From Lama glama (taxonomy: Eukaryota), in assembly GCA_028534125.1 (NCBI GenBank), contig CM052817.1, positions 9,736,001-9,800,000 on the forward strand: a stretch of 64,000 bases of DNA. Reading direction: 5' to 3'. Below, piece after piece: positions 50,801-64,000 of this stretch. The notes under the pieces are model-generated. The model was not told the DNA's origin, ran no database searches, and saw only the letters and a list, made by a program, of their open reading frames with translations. The position numbers and the translations under genes were made by a program. How positions within the stretch are numbered: the first letter of the stretch is position 1; every line of letters starts with the position of its first letter.

Positions 50801-52996
50801 GTAAATGGTATATGTCAGTTATATCGCCGTAAAGCTGGGGGAGGGGAAATAATCATGCATCGATAGGACAAAATTCTCACAATCACAGTGAAAAATATGT
50901 AGAAAACAACTTTATATACTTACAGGTTACAATATTGGCCAAAAATTCTGATAATCTACAGAATTGATGAGGATATGAGGAAACAGACATACTCATGCCA
51001 CTGACACAAGGATGTGCCGTGTCAGTCAAGGCCAAGGCAAGACATCAGATCTCTCATCTTGGCTCAAATCCTCTGTCCAAAATGTGTCCCCTGACTCTGT
51101 CCTGGCCCTAGGCCACAGAAGTGGGACACCAATTTCACTTGCTTAGCAATAGGGGGTAAAGGGCTTTTAATAAAAGGTTTAGAATCCAATAAACAGTTTT
51201 TATATAAATTCAACTCACATTATGAATAGTTTTCTGATAAGTTTAGGGACGATCCTTTTTTGTTGTCATTATTTAATTCATTTGCAACATTTTAGAGAAT
51301 TTAGCATGTAAGAATAGCTTTTGGATTAGCCCTGTGATTCCATTATAAGTGTACCTATTAAATAACTTTTTTTAAACTTAAGATTTTTAGTGGAAAGTTA
51401 TCAAGAGAATTATACTAAGTTTTAAATCAGGAATGTTTAAGAGAATTAAGATGAAATGTTATACATTTATTAGGTTTACTAGAATCAAGTATTTGAGAAG
51501 GTTTTGCTTATCTATAATCATTTAAAATATCTTATAAAGAAAATGTAGTATTTAAAAACTTAAGTTTAAAACAATGTAACCTAAAATAACTTGAGTTTAA
51601 AATATTCAGGGAATTTGAGTAATTGTGAAGCCCCCTCAAAAGTTATTATCAAAGTTCATTAGGCTTCATTATCATACTGCTCATACATCAAATGGAAAGT
51701 ATGGGAAAATCAAGCTTTTGAATTTATAAATTTAGTATCTGAAATTAATTTTTAAAACCAAACTAACTGCGTGCTGTACACCAGAAATTGACACAACATT
51801 GTTAACTGACCATCCCTCAATAAAAAAGAAAAAAACCAAAGTAACTGCGAATAGCTATTTTTCTCTGCGTAAACACTGCCCTCAAGCACAAATCACATGG
51901 ACATGAAAAGTTGAAGTTAAAATGTGAGAAGTCAATGCATAGAACGGGGACCCAGACATGTAAAGCAGAAGAAAACAAGACTATGTTTGTACTTGTGCAT
52001 GATAATGGATGTAAATGATAGAAATAGTTCTGAGAAGATGACTCCAAATTGCTAACAGTGAGAACTAGAAATAGATGAAGGGAGACTCATTATTACTGTG
52101 TTTAGTTCTACATAATTTTCTTTTCTTAAAAAAAATACATTTATCTTCATATTAATTAGTTAATTATTTAAAAGCAAAAACAATTTTGAATAAACGAGGT
52201 CTGGGAACATTAACTGTATCAGAAGTGCAAGTACAGGAAATGTCCAGCAGGAGGAGCCCTAGTACAAATTTGTGGGCTGCTCGAGCTTTCTTTAGTGGAA
52301 AAAAAAAAAAAGAGGTGACCAGAACTCAAACGGAGCAAGGAACTTTCAAGGACCCGAGCCACTAGTCGGGAGTCATGGGATTAAAAACATCAGATTATTT
52401 CATAATTTTAAAAAATCACCTTTTAGTTGGTTTCAAGGAATTCAGTAATTTCTGTTCTTAAAAATCTGATGATCAGACCATTTGCTGTGACCAGAGTCCC
52501 TCCTCTGGCCAGGTCCCCGCTCAGTGTCCATGACTGGTGTTTCCTCACCAGTTACACTCTGATGATGCAGTGTCCGTCAGGGAGGAACTTGGCCAAGTTT
52601 TTGGTACATCCATCCACTCAGAATTCATCCATGAGAAAGAATGAATAAATTCGGTGTGTACCAATAGGGAAGTATGTCCAAGATAGGGTGCTGGGTGAAA
52701 AAACAAGTGGTAGATTCCATTTGTGCTCAGATAAGAGGCTATGTGAGTACGTGTGTGTGCGCGTGCGCGTGTGTGTGCGCGTGTGTGGGAGTGTGTACAC
52801 ATTCCTGGGAGGACAACTCAGACTACCAAGAATGATTCTCTGTGAAAAGTGCAAATAGGGAGGCCAAGAAGCTTTTCCTTTTCACTTTGTAACTTTCTGT
52901 GAGATTTAAACTTTTCTGCCATGTGCATGGATATTTTCAAAAGTAGGTGCCATCCCGCAATACTGACATTTTTTCTGTTTCCTTTTTAATTTGCAG

Positions 52997-53102
52997 GGCA
53001 GCAGCCTCTACTCAAAAAGAAGTCCCATTCCCTTATGGAGTACAAAGTGCCAGCTTTGTCTTTCCTCTCTTAGTGGCTTCAGTTTCAGTGGTTCAAATGT
53101 AA
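52997..53102 (+). CDS. BST1: BST1 exon 9 coding part (GPI-anchor signal) to stop
   Basis: ttgcag|G GCA GCA GCC ... = AAASTQKEVPFPYGVQSASFVFPLLVASVSVVQM*; TAA at 53100-53102. Confidence 0.93.
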
Positions 53103-53327
53103 CTAGAAACTCAGCTTTGTCGCCCTGAGATGCCCGTGGCCCTGAACCCTGCCCTTGTGCAATCATCCTTGTTCTGTGCACAGCAGGCGATTCCATTGTC
53201 TCAAGAAGCTTCCTGCTGGGAAAACAGTGTCCTAAAGTGTGTTTTTTTTAATGATATGCATGCTCAGGATTTCAGAAAAAGGAAATTAATCTAGTTCTGT
53301 TTAACTGGTTAAAACTGCTGGTTTAGA

Positions 53328-53333
53328 ATTAAA
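53328..53333 (+). terminator. candidate BST1 polyadenylation signal (ATTAAA)
   Basis: ATTAAA about 225 nt after the stop, followed by a T-rich tract. Confidence 0.4.
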
Positions 53334-55131
53334 GCTCGTTATTATTTTCTTGTTTTTCATAATGCTACAAGGCATTGAGACCCAGAAAGTTTGTTTTACA
53401 GTCAAATGTTATAAGAGAATTCTAGTAGAACTGTGTATATATTTTTATATTTTCCTATACCACTGCAGGGCACACTGTTGATAGCTTCACATATGTGTAT
53501 ACTATATAAATGTACACATATATGTTTGGTAGGCAAAGAATTCTGTATAAAGATGTTCAATTATTCGTTATTCGTAATGGGGGGTTCTAAAAATTCTAGT
53601 CATAGAGAACTCTTTGCATATGGTTTGGTATATCTGTAGGATGAAATGTCATTCAACAGTAAATTATCAACCCAAACGTCCTTCAGCTGGTGAATGGATG
53701 AGTTAATCTTGGTATATCCACATTGTGGAATATTACTGAGCAATCAGAAGTTGCCAGCTATGGATGAATGCCACATCATGGATGAGACTCAGATGCATGG
53801 TGCCAAGTGAAATAAGCTGAACCCAAAGGCTACATACTGTGTGATTCTGTTCATGACGTTCAGAACTGATCAGTGTCGGCGTAGCAGCAGGGGGAGGGGC
53901 TGACTAAGAAGGGGCAGTGGGAGGGCATTTGGGGGAAGTGGCAGAACTGCTCTGGGTGTTGATTATGGTGTGATGGTAACAGGAACCTATGTGTGTGTCG
54001 ACACTCAGAAAAAGGTCATTTCACTGAATGTAAAGGGAAAATTTTCAAAGAACATTTCCTTGCATAGAAACCGGTCGACGATAAGTGTAAGACATAGGAC
54101 TTACAGCTGTGTACGTATGATCCAATTGTCTAAGCCGTGATACAGAGGTAACGTAGTATAGGCGTGTGTTTGTATGATACACACGTATTATACATGAAGG
54201 AAAGGAAAGGAAATCAACCCAAAGGCAAAGCAGCTATCTCTGGGGAATGGTCTAATCAGTGATTCCTAGTTTTGGCTTTTGACTTTTTGTATTGTTCGAA
54301 TTTTCTCTGATGAATGTGAGAAATAAACACACACATAAACACGCATCCATCGTCTATGGGTGGTAGTTGGACCCAACGCAAGATGTTTCCAGAAGAGAAA
54401 AACAAAACCAAAACTTGTCACAGGCACTCCTCTGTCCTCACTCCTTTCTCACCTAAAGCACGCTCGGGTGGCTCAGACCTGAGAACTCGCAGACTGTGGT
54501 GTCCCTGCAGCCAGTAAGGGGGCAGTAGGAGCGTTTGCACTTTCTGGAGTTTCCCGTACGTCTCCAGGGAGAAAAAGAATTACCCATCGAGGGCAGAGCC
54601 GTTCCTGAAATGTGCCTCTCTGAGTGCAGGGCTCCTTCCTCCTCCTGGCAGCGCCTCTACTCCAGTTTTCATAAACACCGCTTGTCATGCCTTCCAGCTC
54701 CATGCCCAGCAGACACTCAGGCACCTGGTGGAACGGTGGGTTCCTTCCTCCAAGCCAGGACACTCTGGGGACCATGACATGGGCACTGGCTACATAAGGA
54801 GTGAGTGGGGCTGGGAACCAGGTCAAGCTCAGAATGGGCTAAGTAAACAGACTGTGGGAAGAAAGACTAGAGGAACAAAATCCAAGAGGACCTGGCATGT
54901 GGTAGGATGTTCACTGATGTGGCCTCTGGTGTGAATTGTAAGAGTGGTATCAGCTTCTTAGAGAGGCTGTAACCAGCTGGGCATCATCCAGCCGAGCAGC
55001 TTGCCGTGACCCAGACGTGTCCTACTTTCTCACTCCGCGGGGCCTTCAGTGTGCTGCTCTCTCTGCACCGATTTTCCTTCCTGCTCTGCCGTCCACTTGT
55101 CAGATTTCAAGGCCCACCTTAAGCATCACCT

Positions 55132-55698
55132 AGTAGAGGAGCAAAATTTTCCACCCCAAATTATCTCTTTGGCATACGGGTTCTTCCAAGCTGAAAACAA
55201 TCAAGGCCCCAAAGACTCAACAAGAAACTTTGACCTTCCCCTCAACTGCCTAAAAGAATCCAGATAGAGGGCCTGTTCCCCAGAAGAGAGCTCTCACCAG
55301 GGACATCTGCAAAGAACGTGGGCTCAGTGCGGTGGGGGGAACTCAGCAGGGCTAAGCGACCAGAGCCCACTCTGTGTCCCACTGTCTCTGCAGGGCCCAG
55401 CAAACACTTCTTGACCAAACATTTGCTTTTCTGTCTTCGTGTGAAATTGCATTTTTCCTCATTGACGTCCCCTTACCGTGACCCCCAGCATCCTCTTTTG
55501 TCTTCCACTGAGGGTGGCATTTGAGGTGAAGGCTTCGGTCATTTTGATGAGTTAGTTCATCAGGGTCTCTGCTATGTGTGCATGTTATTATTAAACTTGT
55601 GTTTAATTTCCTCCTGTTAATCTGTTTCATGTCAGTTTCATTCTCAGACCAGCCAGGAGCACCTAGAAGGCTAGAGGAAAATTTCTTTCTCCCCAGCG
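55132..55698 (+). mobile_element. ERV1-like solo LTR
   Basis: ATTAAA near the 3' end, typical ...aatttctttctcccc terminus, flanking acct duplication. Confidence 0.65.
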
Positions 55699-57169
55699 AC
55701 CTCCCGAGTCCCCTGGTACCTCTGCCCAGGGCCTTGGGTGTTCACTGCCCCTGTGCTGCCCCCACCCCATGAATTTCCCTAATGTGGTCCGTCACTACTG
55801 TCTTGTCGTCCTGGGACCGTGGCTTCTCTGAAGACTCGCCCATCGTTTGCTCCAGGGGCCAGCCAGGTGTGGATAGAGTGGATATTCCACATGTGGTTTT
55901 AATGAGAGAATCGACATGTGAATATAATGGAATTCAGAGAAGAAAATACAGGATGGGTGATTCTTTAATTTTCTTTCAATGTAAATTTTGTTGGAGGAGG
56001 TCAGGGTTGATACAAGAGAAAAGGAAAAGCATCACATGTCATACTTTTCTGTATTTATGCCCCACTTCAATAAAACACTTGAAATGTGTGACTTATTCTA
56101 GTGTGGGCGAGAGGAGCAGGGAGGGAGGGAGGGAGGGTGACAAGTGGCCTAAGAGCTTGGGGTTCCTAGAAAGGAAGAGAAAGGCCCCAGCTGACTTCCA
56201 ATTCACAGTTTGTCCCAGGGCCAGCCGGCTCCTCAGGCTAATGCCCTGGAAGCCCCAGCCAAGGGCATCTCTTAGGCCAGGCTTGGAGAACATAGTGTCC
56301 ACTGCCTTTCAGTTGCCTGGGTTACCAGTGGATTTACACAGTCACTCACAGCACACCGGCCTGGGACTTAATTAGATGCTGCCACTTTGAGCTCCGTGGA
56401 AAAGAAAGTGCTTTATTTAAAAGAAAATAAAAATTGCTTTTTTTCTGAGTATAGAAGTAATAACTTAAAAGACTCTACACAAAAAAAAAATTAGGAAAAA
56501 GGCAATAAATATGTTATGTTATATTACATGCAAATTAGCCGACTTTTCTCCATGTATATTCAAACGCGTACTCATGTTTTTGAACACACGAGGCTGTGTT
56601 TGAGGTTAAGAACACAACAGAGAGCAGAATCATTAAACCACAAGTTCTAGGATTTTTACACGTTAAAATGCTGATTTCTGACAGTTTCTGATCCATTTTC
56701 TCTCTAGCCTAAGTTCTGCAATGCTGCCAGAGCCAGCATCTAAAGCAAGGGTTCTAATTGCATGACCCCTGGTTCAAACTCAAAAGTGCAAAATAAAATT
56801 TATATTTTAAAACCCAGCAGTTGAGATCATTCCATCTGCCCCCAAACTGCCTTGCTCACCTCGTGTCCCCAGAGACCCTCCGTGCCTTCCAGATGCCTTC
56901 TCTCAGTTCCCCATTCTCAACAAAACACTCCACGTCCGGTCCCTTTGCTCAGCTTCTCCTTGAAGCCTCGCTTTGTTCCAGTTTCAGATGCATCTGTTTT
57001 TATGTCTCTCTGGAGGACAGTGACCTCCGTTGTCTTTTTGTCTGTCACAATGCTCCACCCTGAACAACCGTGACCCAGTGAGCATTTGATACGTGAAGGA
57101 CTCAATATTAAATCTGCATTTAAGATTGAGTGAGATGATCAGGTTTGGGGAATAGAAAGACAAAAATGC

Positions 57170-57989
57170 ACACTACTCCTGAGCTTCCCTCTTGGTCCCC
57201 ACACAGAGCATTTCACATCTGACACTTCTGGTTGCCAGATATGTGAGTTTCTTCCCATGATGGGCAATTCTCCGACACCAGCAGAGTGTCCTACAATTCA
57301 ACACAACTCAGACGCTGTCTTTCCTGGAGACAGCATCAGATCCCACAGGTTAAGGGCTCAGTCCCACAAGGCTGTCCCCACCAGACCCCCTTCAGATGAC
57401 AGTCATCAGTCCAGGTTGTCACTGTGACCAGTATTGATCGGAGGTTCCCATCATCTCCTCTTTGTGTTTGATTAATTTGCTAACGTGGCTCACAGGACTC
57501 AGGAAACCTGTTTACTCACTGGATTACCATTTAATACAAAGGATGTAACTCAGGAACAGCCAGACGGAAAAGATGCAGGGGACAAGGTACAGGGAGCGGG
57601 CCCAGAGCTTCCGCGCCCTTTCCAAGCACCACTCCCGGTACCTCCACCCTCTGCAGCAATCGGGATGCTGGCCTTTGGGTTTTTCAGTGGCGCCTTCGGT
57701 ACAGAATCATTGGCCACTGATGACTAAACTCAAACTCCTGCCCCTCTCCCCTCCCTGGAGGTGGGGGTGGGGGAGGTGAAATGGAAAGTTCCAATCCTCC
57801 AGTCATGTGGTTCCCTCGGAAACCAGCCCTCTTTCTGACCTATGGGCTTTCCGAAAGTCACTCATTAACATCACAAAAGACAACTTGACTGCTCTCCTCA
57901 CATTGGAAATTCCAAGGGTTTTAAGAGCTCTGTGCCAGGTACAGGGATGAAGACCAAATAAGCATTTCTTATTTTGAACTGCAATATCA
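57170..57989 (-). mobile_element. MER21-like LTR
   Basis: Reverse complement shares ggcacagagctcttaaaacccttggaatttcc with the LTR at 14816. Confidence 0.7.
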
Positions 57990-58847
57990 CAGGGGAGCGA
58001 GGGGTGGCCGCCCAGCATTGTGGTTAAGGGCAGGTTCTGTTAAGTCTGGCCCATCTGCCTTCATCACTTGCTAGCTGTGTGGCCCTGGGCAGGCCACGCT
58101 GTCTCTGAGTTGCATCACCTTGTTGTAAATAGGGATTACAAGCACTCAGAATGGAGTAAGTCCAGGTGCATAAAGAACCCAAGACAGTGCCGGGCAGGTG
58201 GGATGTGAGGCCTGCGTAAGTATTTGTTGCTGGTATTGTTACTACTATTGGAGTTTTTGATTATTATCTAACCTCTGTCTACTATCACAGTACTTTCTAG
58301 TGCAGGTCAAGAGGTGACTGTGCAGCAGGCATTGTGCTGAGCACTTTCACGCACACCTTTTTTAGTGCTCACCTGCCCCGTGAGGTTAGTGTGATTGCAT
58401 CCTGTTTTGCAGAGGAGAAACCAGAGAGGTTGAGAGCTTTCATTATGTGGCTGAGATCACACCTCTGAGGAGAGTTCCTTCTGGTCGGGGCAGCGAGGGT
58501 GGTGGCCAGCCTCCGCAGAAGCACTGACGCACCAGCTCTGTCTCTTCACGATCTGACATACCCAGCGCCAGCACCACGCCTGGTACTTGGCGGGTACTTC
58601 CTGTATATCTGCTGAGTGACTGAACATGATAGACATTTGGCCACAAATGAAATGCTCATCAAAGGCCCCAGACCACGACAGAGAGACCTGGGCAGGCACA
58701 TGGGGGACCCGAGCTCTGGCCTTTCTCCTTCTGTTCTGTGTCTCCACGGTAGCCACCCTAAAAGTTGGTCATTTTCCCTCTAGCAGGACGTATGTGATAA
58801 CAAGGGACCTTCAGAACCTGAAGAGGAAATGGTAGAAACCAAGACAG

Positions 58848-59326
58848 TGAAGGTTAACCTAAAACAACAAAACAGGCAATTATTTTACCAGTGAAATGGG
58901 TTTATTTGGGAGCAGCCAAGAGTTGCAGTTCAGGACACGCCACTATGGCAACCACATGCAAGTCCAGTAAAGCAAAGGAGAGGAAACTCTTTTATAGAGG
59001 AGAAGTAGAAGCTGGGAGATTCCACTAGAAACAAAAAGTCTGTTGGAGGAAACTGGGACTTTGAAGTATGGTGGCTTTTCATTGGCTGAGTTGCGACAGT
59101 CTCTCATTGGCTGAACTGTCTGTCACCAGGCAAGGAGAAAAATTTTCTCTCTCCTGCTGGCGGCAGTAAAGTGGTGCCTCTTCCTGCAGGAGATGTGAGT
59201 ACGTCTCTTCCTGTTGACACCTGTACCTGTACACCTGAACCACCTGTAGAGTGGTTCCTGTGTGAGAGCTTCCCCTCCGGACCTCCCGACTCCATTTTAG
59301 CGAGGTTTCCTTTTATTAATTTTCAC
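58848..59326 (-). mobile_element. ERV1-like solo LTR
   Basis: Shares aaatgggtttatttggga, gactccattttag and aattttcaca with 47380-47836. Confidence 0.7.
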
Positions 59327-60594
59327 AAGATACTGATAGCTCAGCAAGTCTGAAGGCACAAATGCCTTTGACTCCCACAGAAAGGAGGCCAAAATCTCCA
59401 TGGGTCCTGGCTGAGTTTGGTCCATGTCAATGTCCCCCTCAAACTTCAGAAGCAGCGGGACAAAATAGAAGTCCAACTTGAAAAGGAATTTCAGATCTTT
59501 GGGAAAAAGTATAAAGTCTATGAGCCCTTCCTTGTGAAGGCATCCAGTCTGTCTGGTGTGTGTATTAACGTAGTGGAGGGGCATGCAAAAAGATCAGAGA
59601 CTGAGGAGATGTTAAAGAGGGAGGACCTGGGTTCTGAGGCATCTGATGATGCTGGTAAATGAAAAAGGAGAAAAAGAGTTAGAAAAAAATCCTAAAAACA
59701 TTCCTGAATATTGATCAATTTAAAAAATATATTGGAAGGCACAAGACTTTGATCAAAAAACATGGCGACCCTCTTCTGATGGTCTTCAGACACGTGGAAT
59801 GGGAATGATCACATCTTGGGCGGCTGATTGGTTGCATGTCTGAAATTCCCCTTGAACACAAATGTTAGACACTGAACTGTGTTCCTCCCCAGTTCATATT
59901 TTGTCATGGCTGCCTTAGTAAACCAATCCAGCAATGAAGATGTCAAAAGTAAGGTGTAGAGGCAGACATGTGATGAAGTGAAAACCAGTTACTTTGATCC
60001 CTTCTTCCATGAGATAATAAAATTTGTGGTTTGCAAGGGTGGTAAGTAGATGTGGGTGAATAAATAGGGTCAATTAGAGAAGTATTCACGGCACTGCTCC
60101 ATGTAGGACAGTCCAAAACAGAGCTGGACCAGTCCTGAAAGCTATTCTTCCATTTATTTTGTTTTTCCAAAATTCTTCAGTGCCTGAAAGTGGAACTCAT
60201 GAGAATGAAACTTCACCGAAGACTTTGCAGTTGCTGGAACTTAATTAACAGGCTTCTGAAGCACAGGGCTCAACTTCACACTTCACAGGAGACTCCTGGC
60301 ACCAAGGAAAAGGGCAAACTCAAGCTCTGCCCTGGAGAACGGGGTTCAACTATTGTTGAGACTGAGAAGCTGCCTTTTTAAGACCTGGCCAGGGTCCTGA
60401 ATATCCACATTAATAACCAGTGAGGCAGGTGGCAGAGCCTGAGCTACGCTAATTTCAACACAATTCTTCATTATTTATAATCTTATCTTTTTGTGTTTCC
60501 TTGGTAGAGTCTATCTCAAAATATATCCCAATAATAAGAAACGTGTATATATTAAATCACTTAGAATTTTAGGAATATATTTTGCCCCCAAAGA

Positions 60595-60748
60595 TGTGTG
60601 TGTCTGTGTGTCTGTCTGTGTGTCTGTGTGTATATGTATGTGTGTGTGTATGTTTTCCCCCAAAGTTGTGTGTGTCTGTATGTGTATGTGTGTGTGTCTG
60701 TGTGTGTGTTTTTGTTTGTATGTGTGTGTGTCAATTTGTGTGTGTGTG
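60595..60748. repeat. degenerate (TG)n tract with an internal duplication
   Basis: TG-rich tract; cccccaaag-tgtgtgtgtctgt occurs twice. Confidence 0.9.
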
Positions 60749-60794
60749 ACGGGGTGGGGGAAGCTATAATTAACACCATTATCAAGAATATGTA

Positions 60795-61110
60795 TCAATG
60801 GCCCACAGGGGCCACATTTGACCCATCACTTGCTTTTGTACAACCCAAGCCACGAGGGGGGTTTATACTTTTAAATAGTTGGAAAAAAACAAAAGAAGAA
60901 CAGTATTTCATGATGTGGAAATTACATGAAATTCAAAGTTCAGTTTCCATAAAGAAAGTTTGGTTGGAACCCTACCACGCTCATTCATTTGTGTGTCATC
61001 TTTGGCTGTTTCTGAGCTGCAGCAGCAGAGCTGAGTAGTTACCTCAATGCTTGTACCGTTCGCAAAGTTGAAAGTACTTACTATTGGGCGTGTTACAGAA
61101 AATGCTCACT
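60795..61110 (+). mobile_element. MER58-like hAT-Charlie element
   Basis: ggcccacaggggccacatttgaccc ... attacatgaaattcaaagttcag ... ccacgctcattcattt. Confidence 0.7.
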
Positions 61111-61596
61111 GAACTGAGGAAGTCAGTAGCCCCCATCCCAGTTGCCACACTGGGAGAGTCATGTCAATCCAGTTGGGGCATGATGGCTCCACTGTCTTCT
61201 TCCTTCACTGATACACGATACAAACAAATAGTAGTACATTTTCTTCTAGCATCCTCAGCTCTGCTGTCACAGAGACAACCAGTTTCTTAGGTGGAAGGAA
61301 GAGAGGCTCTAAAAGAGAGCCCCCAGGCTTTTGTTGAGCTGTTTTCCTCTGAGAACTTGAAAATTAAGGAATCCCTTTTATTACTCAGGCCAGAATAAGT
61401 TGTTGACTGACTTAATGACTTACAAGTTGTTCTGACTTTCTTGAAAGCAGACACCATGACAGAAAATAAGTCCAGGTGTTTAACTTGAAAGATGATCTCA
61501 AGAGTTGCTGGTGAGGGAGTGGGAAGTGAGGCAGGAAGGCAGGAAGCCAATCTGGGGTTGTCGAGTGAGGCATCTGGAGTTTAATCTTGGAGGTGG

Positions 61597-62220
61597 TGTA
61601 GAACATACTTCAGAGTTTTTGCACCTGAGACAGGAGGAGGTTGAGATATTTTTCTACCCATTGGTTATGGTGACACTGGAGGGATGGGGGCAGGGCACAA
61701 CCATTAAAAGAATGACATAACCATTAAGGACACGACAAAAACTGGTTAGAACCTACTAAGCCCAAGATGGTGGAAGATTAGAATTCCAGTAGAACTTGAA
61801 CCTCATTATTCTTTCATTGTAATAAATTAGCATACTCATGATTTGCCTGCAGGATCCATGACACTTGGGAGACTGACCATAAAAGGCCAAAAACTGGATG
61901 GTTGCCAAATTCCTGGAAATCCCAGCCCTTTCCCTAAAGTAGTTGGACTAATCCTCCCATTGTTAATGCCTATGAAATTACCCAACTCATAAAAACTAAC
62001 AGTCCCACACCCTGGGGCATCTACCTCTGGCCTTCTGAGATGGCTCCACTCTGTAGAATATGTGTCTCTCTAAATAAATCTACCTTTACTCAACTGTGAC
62101 TCACTCTTGAATTGTTTCCTGTGCAAAGCTAAGGACCCCCTCTTGGCAGGGTGTACCCCAAGGACTCACCTGAGACCTGGAACACAACCATCCTCTCAGG
62201 CTCCCCATTTTTCTGTAACA
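61597..62220 (+). mobile_element. ERV1-like solo LTR
   Basis: TG start, cccaagatggtgg, AATAAA near 62073, ends ctgtaaca. Confidence 0.7.
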
Positions 62221-62394
62221 ATGGGTTGAGGGCTGCTCCCATGAGGACACCTGGCCTGCACTGTAGTGGCGGCCGAGTACAGACATAGAGATGGGATGGT
62301 GACGGCAGCTGTGCAGCAGCACTTGCCCTTTGTCCCCAAGCCTGTGCTTGTGGCATCTGCACAAATATTAACTCTCTGGCTTGAGGTCTGTGAC

Positions 62395-63432
62395 AGAAGT
62401 TGCCAATAGTAAATAACATCAGTAAATTATTACAAAACAAAGTGCACACATGGACATAACAACAAAGCACATCAGGGAGCTACTGGAATTTTTCAAAGAA
62501 TTTAGAATCTCTGGTTTTGAAAATGGCTGCAGCACTCCAAAGCAGTTACCCACAGGCTTAGAAATAAAACAAAATTTAAAATTTGCTACAATGGACAGAA
62601 AAGAAGTGGTATGTTCATGTGAAGTTTCAGATGAACCAGTATTAACAAGGAACCATTTTAAAATTAATTTTTTCTTGTTAAGAAACTGTGGAAGAATGAA
62701 TAAAGAAGACTTTTGAATTATGTGCAAATCATGAAGCTACTTCTGGCTTGTTGTACAACCTCTACAAGTTACAGAAAATATCAGAGGAAATATCAAAATG
62801 CCATTATACAACTTTACACTTAAAACCAAACTCAGACTTACCAGAACTGACTTGTGAGAAAAGTTTAATCTTTTTAGAAAAATTACTCTGCAAATTATCA
62901 GTTCTACATGTACTAAAATTTACTCTATGAAATAATCTATCCTTATTTATTCCATTGCTGTCAAAGCCTATAAAATACATTTCAGCTCCAGTAACAGAGA
63001 TATCAGCAGAAAATCCTTTTCAAAACTTAAAATTATTTGTGATCTTGAATTTGCAAAGAGTGAGTGACAAGCTTCAATCAAATTGATTGAAGTTTCTAAA
63101 AAAATGAACTTTGATGACCTGACACATGAATTTGCAGAAAGGTGAACCAGAAAAATCTTATGATCAATTAAGATATCACATTAATAAAGTATTATTATTT
63201 ATTGTATTACATAAAATTGTATATTATATATTGTGTTATGTAAAACTATGACATCAAAGTACTATATTCTTGCAATTTGTAAGTTTATGTTATTATTCAT
63301 AACCGTCATATTTCATAAGTAATAAAATATTTTTAAAGGAAAATAGTTTATATTTTAGTAAATTTAGCTGCAGTTTTCTCCCTATATTTTAGATATTTTG
63401 TACTCGGCTCCACAAATTATGTAGCCGGCCCT
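62395..63432 (+). mobile_element. hAT-Tip100 (Zaphod-like) transposase 3' remnant
   Basis: SKLLQNK..DI ... LLEFFKEFRISGFEN ... DEPV ... FKINFF and dimerisation motif PVT.ISAE.SFSKLKII; terminus tagccggccct. Confidence 0.7.
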
Positions 63433-63499
63433 TCCTCCAGAACCATTTCTTTGGGGTCATATGGATGAATGTCAAAGAAGATCCAGGACCTCTCTGCAG

Positions 63500-64000
63500 C
63501 TCCATCTTAAAAATATTCCGCTTTGGCGTAATTATTTTGAATTAAAGTTACTTGAGAAACAGCCAGTACAAGAAGGACACTCTGACGGTCCTCTGTCGCC
63601 CTGGAAGCAGGAGTTTAATCACCCATGTGAAACGTACCCTCTCTGTTCCAGGAAATTTGGGACAAGGAGGCTGTATAAACAAATCCTGCTACTTCTTCAC
63701 TAGTTTACTGCCCTAAGCCCAAACCCCTTTGTCTTGTTAGTTCTTCACAAATTTACTGCCTCTGTCTATTTTATTTTATTTGAGTTTGTTTGTTTGTTCA
63801 ATGGAGGTGCTGGGGATTGAACCGAGCACCTGATGCGTACTAAGCATATGCTCTACCACTGAGCTCTACACCCACTTTTTATGTGCATTTTATTTTATTT
63901 ACTGCCTCTATCTAAAAGGTATAAAAGCTTTCTTCTTCGATCACTTCTTTGAGTTTCATAATTTTATGCGGCTCCTATATGTATGAAATTAAATTTGCTT
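63500..64000 (+). mobile_element. ERV1-like LTR with nested minus-strand Vic-1-like SINE (about 63770-63895)
   Basis: LTR-like sequence; the SINE is flanked by tttactgcctct(g/a)tcta on both sides. Confidence 0.65.

Noticed and set aside
60491..61038. Cys/Val- and His/Thr-rich ORFs
   Set aside because: Translations of the (TG)n tract and the MER58-like element.
53400..64000. CD38 exons or another gene; 197-aa ORF at 55782-56375
   Set aside because: No CD38-like peptides or consistent exon structure; repeat-rich intergenic DNA and the ORF has no recognisable domain.

Overview
Mammalian genomic DNA, very likely camelid (several Vic-1-like tRNA-derived SINEs), from the region syntenic to human 4p15.32 (FBXL5-FAM200B-BST1-CD38). 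It has two 500-N gaps. Homologies were recognised by eye against recalled human sequences, so identities are not computed and exon numbers follow the human genes from memory. Genes: (1) BST1/CD157 coding exons 6-9 on +, all intact; exons 1-5 are not visible and probably lie in the gap at 40774-41273. (2) FAM200B, a domesticated hAT/Charlie transposase (32128-34118, +), disabled by about 6 stops and at least 2 frameshifts. (3) An unprocessed fossil of NCAPG on - (exons 1, 2, 3, 5, 6 across 11180-23874). Its CpG-island promoter (CHR, NRF1) sits head-to-head with the likely FAM200B first exon. (4) A second, much more decayed copy of the FAM200-type transposon at about 6000-11040, split by an L1. 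(5) A 5'-truncated SNX18 retrocopy inside the fossil's intron 1. (6) Remnants of an ancient ERV pol/env in the FAM200B intron. The main idea is that FAM200B was assembled from a duplicated NCAPG promoter, an ERV-region splice acceptor and a transposase ORF, then lost in this lineage. The rest is SINE, LINE, LTR and DNA-transposon sequence.
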